Source: Felis catus
Taxonomy: Eukaryota
NCBI RefSeq assembly: GCF_018350175.1
Contig: NC_058368.1
Span: forward strand, 151,034,001 to 151,098,000
Length of the DNA stretch: 64,000 nucleotides
Reading direction: 5' to 3'
In this document: positions 26,216 through 37,500 of the stretch, piece after piece
How positions within the stretch are numbered: the stretch's first letter is position 1
Layout: each line of letters opens with the position of its first letter
Translations under genes and position numbers: made by a program
Notes under the pieces: model-generated
The model's input: only the letters and a program-made list of their open reading frames with translations
What the model was told of the DNA's origin: nothing
Databases searched by the model: none

Positions 26216-26337
26216 TTCTTTTTTTTTTTTTCAGATGTTACTTTAAGGAATCTCAACATCCACTGTGGGGCTTGAACTTACAACCGCAAGCTCAAGAGTA
26301 TAGAATGTTCCACTGACCGAGCCAGTCACACACCCCA
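26216..26337 (-). mobile_element. Short Can-SINE
   Basis: gtggggcttgaacttacaacc..ccactgaccgagccag. Confidence 0.75.
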
Positions 26338-27200
26338 AAAATCTTTTTTTTTTATAATTAGGAGAAGAAGGCAATGTCCTCCCCTCTATAGCTCCAGAGT
26401 ACTTAAGCAAATAAGCCTTGCACTTAATTTCACTAAGTGCACCTCCAAATGCACCTGGGCCTTTTATTTTCATTTGTGTTGTCCTTTATTTAACCCTCAA
26501 GGGCTGGGTAGGTAGGTGGATGATCAATTTTATGGAAAAGTGGTTTAATATTACTAGGTGCGTTGACTATCAGTTTTGGTTTCTACACATACTGCGGCTT
26601 CAAATAGTTTCCCTGGGGGAAAAACAAATGAAGTCTCTTTTTGGACAGTCTAGAGACAGAAGGTAAACATCCCAGCTTTCTTACTCTCTTTTCTGAGGTT
26701 TAACATTATATCTAGCAAGACTTGGTAAGAATGTGGTATAAAGACCCTGGACAGCAAAAGAGTCAAGTCCTTTAATAGTCTGGAATACATAATGCCTTCA
26801 TCCTTGAAGTAGTCAATTTATTTGATGTGCACTGTTGTATTACATCATCAGTCACAGTGTAATCATATTAATTTTCCCCGACTCCTCTAGCATTTGTGAT
26901 CATTTGGTCTTGACTGAACTGAAGCTTATCTCCCTTTATCTAGGAACATTGTGAATCTTTGTCAACAACTGTCACCGGGGCGGGGGTGGGGGGGGGTGGG
27001 GGGGTGTGCTGAAGGTACTTAAGAGAATAAACAATTTTGACCAGCTCATCTTGGTTTGAACTGAGGCTTGATGGAAGTGTGAGGGTTATCTGTAGTGAAG
27101 GAGGCCCCACTACACCTCAATAGGAGGCACTGTGGGGTGACTTCTCTTACTACTCTTTCCCACATCGTATTCTGAGTTAGAGATTTCTCTTCACATAGCA

Positions 27201-27384
27201 TTTTTTTAAATGTTTATTTTTGAGAAAGAGAGCAGGGGAGGGGCGGAGAGAGAGGGACACACAGGATCCGAAGCGGGCTCTGCACTGACGAGAGAGGCCG
27301 ATGCAGGGCTCACACTCACGAAATGTGGGATCATGACCTGAGCTGACGTTGGACGCTTAACCAACTGAGCCACCCAGGTGTCCC
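27201..27384 (-). mobile_element. Can-SINE
   Basis: Head cttaaccaactgagccacccaggtgtccc. Confidence 0.9.
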
Positions 27385-29274
27385 TCACATGAGGAGTTTT
27401 AAAAAATTGAGGTAAAATTTACAGAATAGAATGCACAATTTTTTTTTTTGCACAGATCTTAAATGTGCAAGGAGATGAATTTTGACAAAGTATTCCAATC
27501 AAGATATACAGCATTTCTATCACCCCAGTGATATTGTCTCTTCAGTCAATCTCTACCTCCACAGTCAACTGCTGTTCTGATTTCTCTTACTGTACATGAG
27601 TTCTTTCTGTTCTCATGGTGCAGTATAAATAGAATTATACAACATGCTCTCTTTTGTGCTCAATATAATCTTTGCACACATTTTAATGAGTGATGTTTTA
27701 ATAATTATTACAATTAGCACCAACATTGATTGCATTCTGGTTTATCTAATAACTAGTCATGTAAAAATTTCTTAATGCAGACATTCAGTGCATTTTATCT
27801 CATATTTCTTGATTCTGTATTTCACAGTAACTTTCTTTTCTATTCCCAGATTTTACAAAACACGTTGTTAAAGGCAGAAGAAAACTGGGCTTTATCAAGG
27901 TAGGTGAACTTAAAAGGGCTGTTGTATATGTTCTCATGTGGTTGTCAGTATCTTTAAAGAGAATCCTGGAGAGGCTGCACCGTGTAGATGAAGTAAACCA
28001 TTTTTCTGAATCCTTTCTTAATAACTGAACTCAAAGGACTCAAAGTTAGGACATTACTCATTGAGACTTCAGGGGGAGAGGTAGTAGAAAGTCTTACCCT
28101 TTGTTGTCAGTAGAACTCTGAAGTAGGGGATGTGTTTTTTGACTTGGCCAAATCGTTTATTTAACATGTTTTAATGGTAGAGTTTTATGCACGCAAGGAA
28201 CATAAACCAAGATAGCAAAATGCAGAGAAAAAGAAGGTAGGGAATTGTGAAAAAGTTATATTATTTTGAGCCTTCTAAATCTTACTTGGAAATCGAGCTG
28301 ATGAATTAGAAAATCACATAATATCCATGCTATTTCAGCTGGTTGGTATGGATGCAGAAGTTGGTTAGGATGACACGTTTTGTGTGTTCTAGTACTCTAG
28401 CTGAATTGTTTACATGTGGGGACAGTGTATACTGACAGTGAATGAGGCAGCTGTCAGTTCAATGGAAATCCAACCAAAGTCTTCTGATTTTTGCAGTCTT
28501 AAAATTAGGTGGCTGGATAGGATATACATATTCTGATTAGGCAGAGTAAGTTAAATATTATGGAACAAATTAAAATAGAGGTAGGTAATGACTTGGAAAA
28601 TGGCAAAGAAATTGGAAATATTCTAAGAAAAGAATATTTGCGATTCAACCACAGGAGACTGTTTGCTTTAGTAAGGCTTTTTCCTGGCCAGTGTGGTCAA
28701 TTGGAGAAGCGAAGTCCTAACTCTAAGGTTTCATTCTTGTCATCCAGCAGAAAGTGACAGCTGAAGAATCCTCAAGGCAATCTCACCAGTCCCGAGGTTT
28801 GCTCTATGTGCTAGCATTTCCCAAAGGCCTTTTTAGGAGAGATTTCTAAAAGTCTGTTCTATGTGGCATTTCTATTTGTTTGGAGGCCTTTTCTTCTCTG
28901 CTAAAACTTTTCTTCTTCTCAATAAGTAAGCAAATCCATATAGTTCAAGAATCAAAACAATATTAATAGGTATATTCTGTCAAGTCTTGCTTCCATCTTG
29001 TTGGCCCCTCTTCCAAACCCCTTGTTATTTTGGTACCTTTGTTGGTTTCTTTGTGTATGCTTCCAGTGTTTCTTTACACAAATGTTTTTGCTTCCCATAT
29101 TTTTACCAGAAAGATAGCATACTATATACACTTTTTCATTATTGCTTTTTTATCTCACAATATATTTGGAAAATTTCCATATCAGGATGTAGAGGGTGTT
29201 GTGTTGTGTTGTGTTTTGTTTCTTTTATACTGTTGCATAGTATTTCATTGTGTCGATGCATCACAAGATTTTTA

Positions 29275-29727
29275 TTTAAAAAACAAATTTTTTTTAATGT
29301 TTATTTAGGGGTGCCTGGGTGGCTCAGTCGGTTGGGCGTCTGACTTCGGCTCAGGTCACAATCTCGCGGTCCTTGGGTTCGAGCCCCGCGTCAGGCTCTG
29401 TGCTGACAGCTCAGGGCCTGGAGCCTGTTTCAGATTCTGTGTCTCCCTCTCTCTCTGACCTTCCCCCGTTCATGCTCTGTCACTTTCTGTCTCAAAAATG
29501 AATAAACGTTAAAAAATAATTTAAATGTTTATTTATTTTTGAGACGGAGAGAGACAGAGCATGAACGAGGGAGGAGCAGAGAGAGAGAGGGAGACACAGA
29601 ATCCAAAGCAAGCTCCAGGCCCTGAGCTGTCAGCACAGAGCCCGAGGCGGGGCTCGAACTCACGGACCATGAGATTGTGACCTCAGCCAAAGTCGGATGC
29701 TTAACCGACTGAGCCACCCAGGCACCC
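29275..29727 (-). mobile_element. Can-SINE interrupted in its tail by a second SINE
   Basis: Outer TSD caagattttta at 29264-29274 and 29728-29738. Confidence 0.88.
29308..29523 (+). mobile_element. Can-SINE nested in opposite orientation
   Basis: TSD aatgtttattta at 29296-29307 and 29524-29535. Confidence 0.92.
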
Positions 29728-30012
29728 CAAGATTTTTAAACATTCCTTTATGAATGGGCACCTTCTCAATGTTTTAATCATAAATACTACACATATAAAC
29801 TTTTGCATACAAATAGGTTTGCCAATCTGAGAAGCACTCTTTTTTTATAAAGAGAAGCAAGTACATACCATATCAAATATTTATGCAATAAATGCTTGAG
29901 GATATGGTCTCTTACTGTAACTACTGCTTCTAGAAAAGTTTCTCTGTGTTGATATACTTAGCACCATTAGTGGGAAGCTTTAGGATGAATACTGCAAAGC
30001 ACAGCTTTCTTT

Positions 30013-30240
30013 GTTTTTTTTTTTTGTTTTAAATGTTTATTTATTTTTGAGAGAGACAGAGAGAGAGAGCGAGCATGAGCAGGGGAGGGGCAGAGAGAGA
30101 GGGAGACACAGAATCTGAAGGAGGCTCCAGGCTCTGGGCTGTCAGCACAGAGCCCGATGTGGGGCTCCAACTCATGAGCAGTGAGATCATGACCTGAGCC
30201 GAAGTCAGATGCTTAACCAATTGAGCCACCCAGGTGCCCC
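30013..30240 (-). mobile_element. Can-SINE
   Basis: TSD aagc(a/g)cagctttcttt. Confidence 0.93.
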
Positions 30241-31599
30241 AAGCGCAGCTTTCTTTGTAAGGAGAAAATGTGCTTTGGGCATCAGCAAAGCGGGAGCACA
30301 CCACACTGTCTTTTGGGAAAGAATGTGATAATTGCTAAGAAATAAAAAAGCACATTGTAGTCATCATAGGAAAAATCAGAACTTTGTTGCCTTCTTTTAC
30401 AATTATTTTAGAGAGCAGAGTCATGTTTATTTTGAGTAACTTGTGGGGGAGTAGAGATCTCATATTTTTAGTGGTTAGCAACTATACACATCTTAACTGG
30501 GCTTTGGAGCAACCCTGTGAGTTTAGTGATAGGTGACAAAATCGATACTTAGATAACTTGACAAATGCTTCTTTACTTGGGAGGGATAAAGTTGGGCTGA
30601 TTCGCAACCAGGAGACTGGATGACCTCTGGAAAAACTGCATCCAGTGTCATTGAGCAGGTAGATAATGTAGGTCAAGCCCATTGCAGAAAGGAACTCGAT
30701 GTATGTTAGCATCTTGCTTTCCCTCACACGCCAGCTTCAGCTTCTGTTTTCTCAGGTTCCCTGGGCCATTCCAACCTTCAGGGCATTGGTGCTGTTTTCA
30801 TGGAGGGGAGGCGGGGCATGGGAACTCATATGGATCCCACATTTCTAATGGTAGAGTGTTGGGTAAAGTACTTTTTAAAGTACTTTCTGCTCAGTGTGGA
30901 ATCGTCCCCCTGGTAGTTCATGTTTCCTTCCTTTCAGCCCAGCCCTTGCATGAGTTACCAGAGTCAAAGGGTGATTGTCGTCTCCATTTGGCCTACAGTA
31001 GAAATCGGCTGCTAGACATGAGAATTTCAGGACTAGAGATTCTTCTCTAATTCTGAGCTGGTCAAGACTGAGTGTGATGGAGCTGGCCCTCAAAAACCAG
31101 GAAATACTGCTCTAGGGCCAGAAACAGAACATTTCCCATGTGTTTTTCTAACTGTAACCTCTGCCTGGGAGAGGAGAGGTTAAGGGAATAGCTTTATTTT
31201 TGCTGATAGAGACATTTTCTCTCAGGAAATAAGAACAGTGGGCATCCAAGGGAGACAACAGTAGGGGAGCAAACTTGGCTTTCCTCTTTCATCTGAATCT
31301 TGTTTAGTAGTTGATCGGTAAGGGTAATGTACCGGAAAGATGCCGTAGGAATAGGCAAACAAAATGGAAGAAGGACTTAATTCACAAAATGAAAACTCAG
31401 ACACTCTGCCTGAATAATTTTCCTTTACTAGATTCAAGAACTCTAATCAGACTCCCAAACATCACTGAAATGAAAGAACCACATAGGAATGGGGCCGAGG
31501 GGCACAAAATGTAATTGTCTGCCCTTTGGTTACGATGGTTCACGTCTGTGTTCTGCTCCCTTAGGTCTTTCCTGACCCATAAACATGCTCAGGGACTAC

Positions 31600-31846
31600 C
31601 TGGTCTTTTAACCACCTTTCCCTTTATCCTTGACTCTGCTGGCCTCTCACACCAGCACTCTTCTTTTAATCACAAACATTGTGAAAGGTTTGTTCACACT
31701 TGCTGCCTGAAGTTTCACAACATCTGCTAGACAACCTCTTTCTGCCACACCCTTTTACTGAAATGATTCTCAGATAACACCCATAGAAAAAGTCCCTTCC
31801 TCCAATCTCCTCCTTTGTAACTTCAATAAAACATTTGACACTGTTG

Positions 31847-31880
<34 letters not shown>

Positions 31881-32420
31881 TTGGAACCTCTTACCTTGAC
31901 AGCACACTTTGGATTTCCTTCTGTCTAAAAGCCCCTTGACTTCTTCACGGGTCCTTTCTTCTCTAGGTCTGCCCTCTTCAACACTGTCTTCTAAATCTAC
32001 TTTTTCACTCACCCATGACCTTCCCCTTGACAAGTTTATTTCACGGTCATGGTGTTCACTATTATTACTTCTCTGTCAGGAACATCCAAAACTTTATCTT
32101 CAACATCAAATGGTATCCTGAGTTCAAGACTACATTTACAACATGCTCATACTCTACTTGGATAGAAGTCAAGCCCAACATGCTGAAAAGTGAATTAATT
32201 ACCTTCCTCACACAGCAGTGACCTCTCCATTTCCTATCTAGACATTACTATGATCCTAATTATTTAAGCTCAAAACTGTAAATGCTAACAATTTCTATCA
32301 TCACTCCTACCATTATTAATATAATCTTTTGCTGAATTTTGACAGCTCAAACTCCAGACTTCTTCACTTGCAATTATATAATCAGATCCCAACCAACTCT
32401 TCCAGTCTTATCTCTTATTG
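31600..32420. mobile_element. Degenerate L2 fragment
   Basis: L2-like motifs (catttgacactgttga, ccaaaactttatcttcaac, caacatgctgaaaagtgaa). Confidence 0.5.
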
Positions 32421-32429
32421 TTCCTCTGC

Positions 32430-32867
32430 TGTTGGTTTGAAACCTTGGGACCTTCCTGGGTGCAATCTGAAACTGGTTTCCATACACACAGGCAAGAAGA
32501 GACTGAAGAAAGAGGCAGATGACTCCAGACTGGTAGGTGGCAGGTTTAAGGAAGGAAATTTAAGTGTGAGTCTGGTCTTTGGTGGCTCCAAGACTAGTAC
32601 ATCTCCACACCAGCCTGCCAGATTCTTAAGTGTCTATATAGAGGCCTTAACTGGGTGCAGTCATATATACCATCCAGTGGGTCTCAACAACACACTGTTT
32701 TCTCCAGGCTGTAGGCTGTATCCTTGAAAATGGCTCCTACTGTGGGATTGGTTGAGGGACAGGGAGTGTACTCTAAGGACAGGGGTGAGGGTGAGAAGGC
32801 TCCAAATGCCCGGGTCCAACCTGCAGGTCAACGGGCAGTCATGTCCTCTTGATGACCTCCTCCAACA
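32430..32867. mobile_element. Solo LTR (438 bp)
   Basis: Begins TGTTGG and ends CCAACA (6-bp inverted termini, TG..CA); no clear TSD. Confidence 0.55.
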
Positions 32868-32985
32868 CCTATACATGGCTATACTTTATTTAAACAGGAT
32901 AGGCCACCATTCCTGTCCATTTTTCTCTTGTTTTCCCATCTCTGTGCCTGTATACCTATTTTCCTCCTTGTAGAATGCCCTCATC

Positions 32986-33434
32986 CAGAGCCATAATTTG
33001 TGGGACTCAGTGTGACAAGAAAATGTCCTTTTTTCAAAAGAGCAGCAAAAAGGTGCCCCTGAAGTCACTAAAATCAAAGCTTTGTACTTTTTTCTGTGTA
33101 TCTCCTCTGTACACGCACCATCAAACTTCACTTACAAAACACAGGTTCAAAGATGAAATTATCAAGATGATGGGGGTGCCTGATTGTGTCCAACCCTTAA
33201 TTTCAGCTCTGGTCATGATCTCACGGTTCGCGAGTTTGAGCCCCACGTTGGGCTCTGCACTGACAGCCTGGAGCCTGCTTGGAATTCCTCTCTCTTCCTC
33301 TCCCTCTGCCCCACCCCCCCACCCCCAAGTACATAAACATAAAAAAGAAATTATCAAGATGGTGACAGTAGAACATGAAACTAAGTGTAGTGTCATGTGT
33401 GACTGCAGAGTCACATGTCCACAAGTCAGTCCTG
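32986..33434. mobile_element. hAT-Tip100 (MER45-like) DNA transposon fossil
   Basis: CAG..CTG termini, perfect 8-bp TSD ccctcatc (32978-32985 and 33435-33442), tgtgtgactgca..tcacatg subterminal motif. Confidence 0.75.
33170..33346 (+). mobile_element. Can-SINE nested in the hAT element
   Basis: 15-bp TSD gaaattatcaagatg (33155-33169 and 33347-33361). Confidence 0.88.
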
Positions 33435-34509
33435 CCCTCATCCATCTGGGCCTTTCTCCCTCCTACCCACCCTCCAAAGACAAGTCCAAGCCTGTCTCTG
33501 CTCGGCAAATTAAGAAGTGTTCATGCTCTGCTCTGCTCCAAAGATGACTCAAGTGGTTCCTTCCTAGCACTTTGCAGAAGTCTCTGAGAGCGGTTTCTGC
33601 ATGCCACTAATCTTTTAATCTCCCATTAGTTTGTAAGTTTCTTAAGAGCAACGGCTACATCTTCATTCATCCTAGAACGCACTACGTGAACTGCACATAA
33701 TAAACGTTTGCCAACAACAAATAAAAAGAATAGACAGAAAAGCAGTGCTATCTTCAAGCCACATGTAATGTTTCCCCAAGCTGCATTCTTTTTCCAGCAG
33801 AGTGGGAATGACTGTCAGCGCAATAGTCCAAGTTCTCCAGGTGGCTGGCCAGTGCCTTCTTGTTTCCCTTTTCAGTTCCGACATTAGTCTTTATGTTGGT
33901 GTCTCTAAAGACATTCCCTTTAGTAATTATTATTGAATTTTGGTAATAGATAGATTTTTTAGTTTCTAAAAATGTATGAATTTACCAGTTTTTTCAAGTA
34001 TTTAGATAAAAGCCTATGCTTTCCTGTTTTTGTTTTGTTTTGGGTAAAGAAACTATTTCGATGAAAAAAATAAATGAATCTGAAAATGCTTCCTACACAT
34101 TTTAGTTTAAAAAATAATTTAACTTGTCGTGGCAGTGCTTCTCAGAATGACTTTTGGAAAATTCTGTGTTGAGGCAAGTTATTCAAGATCGTGATAAAGA
34201 AGTGGAACCCCTTGGTAAGAACCTTGAACTTCTCACACTGGCTGAGTACAAATATCACTCCAAGAAAGGTGATCCAGTTTACATCCTCCCCCCCCCTTTT
34301 TTTTAAGTATTTTGAGCCAAAAACTCAGAATGCTCACTTGCACTTGTGGGAGAAGCTGCTTTTTAAGAAACATGATTAAGTGGAATAAATTTAAACAGCA
34401 AAACGTTGATTAAAAAAACGCACCACGGACACTGCATCACTAAGAAAGCCAGTAACTTTACTGAATTGTCTGCAAAATACAAATTATACCTTATTTCCAG
34501 CAGGAGAAA

Positions 34510-37500
34510 CTTTTGAAAATTCCCCACTTTTATTCACTACAGACAGCTGAATTAAGTCCCTTGAGATACACAGATGTGGTTTAACTTAGTTATAACATCT
34601 TGTCATCTAGTGGCGACAAAGTCCAGCTTATGCCGCTGTGAGCCTCTATTTGAATATTTGTTGCAAATGCTTGTATGCCCTCATTTACAAGCTATTTTAA
34701 TTACTGTCATGTAATGGAAACAAGTCCCCAGGAAAAGAAAAAGAAGAAAAATGATACAGCAAACCATCTGAAGCAATCCAAGTCCTATGCCTACAGTGAC
34801 CCAGGTCTACTTTGCTCCGCGAGAACACTTGGTACTGCGTTCACACCACAACAGAATCTGTCACTTAGCCGACCTCTCTGAATTCAACTGAGGTATGAAT
34901 CAATTTGAGGTATGAATAGGGAAGGCAAAATGCAATACCCGATTATGAAAATAACCCAAATGGACAAATTGAATGTAGAAGATCTGTGGCTTGGATTGCT
35001 CCACATCTTTGGTTAAAAACATATTAAGAAAAGCCTTTAATTACATCTGTAGTCTGAAGTGTTCTAACAGACACCAGTATTCCATCAATCTTCAAAAGAT
35101 CTGTAGTGGCAGGAAATTAACGCCATGTAAGTGACATCACAGCAGATGGCACAAATGGGAACAGATGAAGTATGCCATGCTTAGGCAACAGCCTTTATTG
35201 AGGGTTCAAGTGGCTGCTTCTTTAAAAAAAAAAAACTTTTTTTTAAAGAAAGAAAATACAAAACATTTACCCTCCGGAAAAACAAACAAAAGCTCATGAT
35301 AAGGGGCAAAAAAAAAAAAAAATGCTATCTCTAAATTCAAAGATGGGTATGCAAGAAAAACAAACACATCAAAGTGTGAGAGGGCAGACATTCTTTTAAA
35401 AAGTGTATTGGAACTTTTTTGTTTTAGTCACCCTGAAAACGATCTGAGGATGACAGGTATCTTCATATTCATCATTATAAAATGCTAAATTCCACCTTTG
35501 GGAAAAAATAAGCCATTTTACTAAAAAACACAATTTTAAAAAAGGTTGAAATGAACAGCCTTCCACTCACCAATGCATACAATATACAGGTGGTGCAGCT
35601 TGCGTATCTTGCATGTGTTACCAGTACTGAAGCTTAATATTACCAAAAAATCTTTGAAAATAGGATTAGCTATAACAATATTTGTAGCTGTGTAAAACAC
35701 TGTTTATGGTTCTTTTGCTCGCAATGAAGAATGTTGCCTAAAATGTTACCCTAGGATGGGGTATGTAAAATAACACTCCCTCAGGGCTCTGCCCTAGACT
35801 CCTGAATACAAAGGATTTACTGTGAAAAAAACCCAAAACCATACTAGCTTTGCAAATACAATAAATGGTAAATTACAGATAAGGTAGAAGGGTAAAGATA
35901 AACAGTGATTGTTTACAGAAAGTGACTCATCACAATAAAAATTGTGCTTCTTCTCATTAAGTCGTCTTAAAAAAATTCTCAGATTATCCCTTTGCTATCT
36001 TGCTACCACTTTATATGAATTCAGTAGTGGGAACAAGAGATGACTGGCATCCGTTTTCAAGTGATTCTGTTCTTTTCATGTTCTTATAAAACTATTGTCA
36101 GATCTGCTATAAATAGCCAAGGCTTCTGCTGGTACTTTAGCTTACTCTCTGTTCAGCATTATAAATTCACTTTTCCTTTGTTGCGGAGGCAAATTGCAGG
36201 TAAAAAATTAATATGGCTATTTTTTCGTATTTTCACATAATGACCCTTTCCCACCCACTGGTAAATCTCTGCTGATATTGGTAAAGTGTTTTGAAATGAC
36301 AACAACATTTGTGACATGTTTGCATATTTTATACACATCAAGTTACAAGGATGGTTGTAAGGATGGGATCAAGTATATGGTGAGGAAAATGACTTTCTTA
36401 GTTTTTCCTCCCATGTGTCAACGTGTGTGTGTGCGTGTATGTGTGTGTGTGTGTCTGTTTTATGTTCAGGGATGATTTTCTGTTTTTCCTCTGCGTAAAT
36501 GTTTTTCTTTCATGTTCCATGGATACCTGGAGTAGTGGGATATAGGAAAAGGTTGACAGATTTTTTTGTTTGTTTTCAGTATACAAAACATTAGTACAAG
36601 GCAGGCTGGCATCCTATATGGATACCACCAAAGGTGCACTGTGGTCTAATTGTGGATTTCAGATCAAGTTAAGAAAATACAGCCTAGTTAGTAAGGTCTC
36701 TTGGCTTTTGCCACCCAGCGGCAGCCTTTTATAGTGAGAAACACACAGCAACTATGCAAGTGAAAGAAAAGAATGGATAAGAAATGTCCTACACGTGCTA
36801 TAGCAGTGTCGCTCTTCCTGTCTGGATCTTCGTGGCTGTGTATGTCAATGCACATGATTGGAGATGAATCGACAGATCTTCACATTCCAAGAGAAGGAAA
36901 ATCATTCCTGGATTGAAATCTCTTTTAAACAATATATATCAACTTCTTTTTTTTTTTATGGCACTCACTTTTTAAAGGGTCTGAAAATTAATCCCTTATA
37001 GACGAATATCAGACAAGAGTCATCATTATTTCTTGTAAAATTTAAAAAAAGGGACATAGAGAGGTTCTTTAATGGGATTTCTCGAAATGGCTATTAAATC
37101 TCTTTATTGAAGAAAAAATAGATGACATACATGCTTTATGCAGAAGTGACATTTGGGGGTCCTGACACACCGGGATTGTTCAACAGTCCTATATTGCTGA
37201 CAAGATTGTTGAGGGTCAGTTAAAATAATTAAAAATGGATGACAAAGCAACTATCCCTTTACCTGCTTCCTTCTTGTCTAGCACCCAGTCTTTCACATTT
37301 TTCTTCTGTGGGAATTTATAACTTATGCGTTGAGTAAACGCCATATCACTTGTTTCTAGGGCCATATTTGCAGGACATGTGCCCCAACATAGCTTCTCTA
37401 TTCTGGGCATATTTCTAAAAAGTGTATCAAATTCTAGGCTGAAAACCAACCAGATAATTTAGGATACGGGCAAGTTAGGGTACGCACTTACTGAATTCCA

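Noticed and set aside
32975..33547. 190-aa ORF, longest in the window
   Set aside because: Runs through the hAT fossil and nested SINE (typical SINE peptide VMISRFASLSPTLGSALTA); no coding evidence.
35006..35015. miR-9 gene at tctttggtta
   Set aside because: Only 10 nt match with no hairpin or star arm; it is a target site on the minus-strand mRNA.
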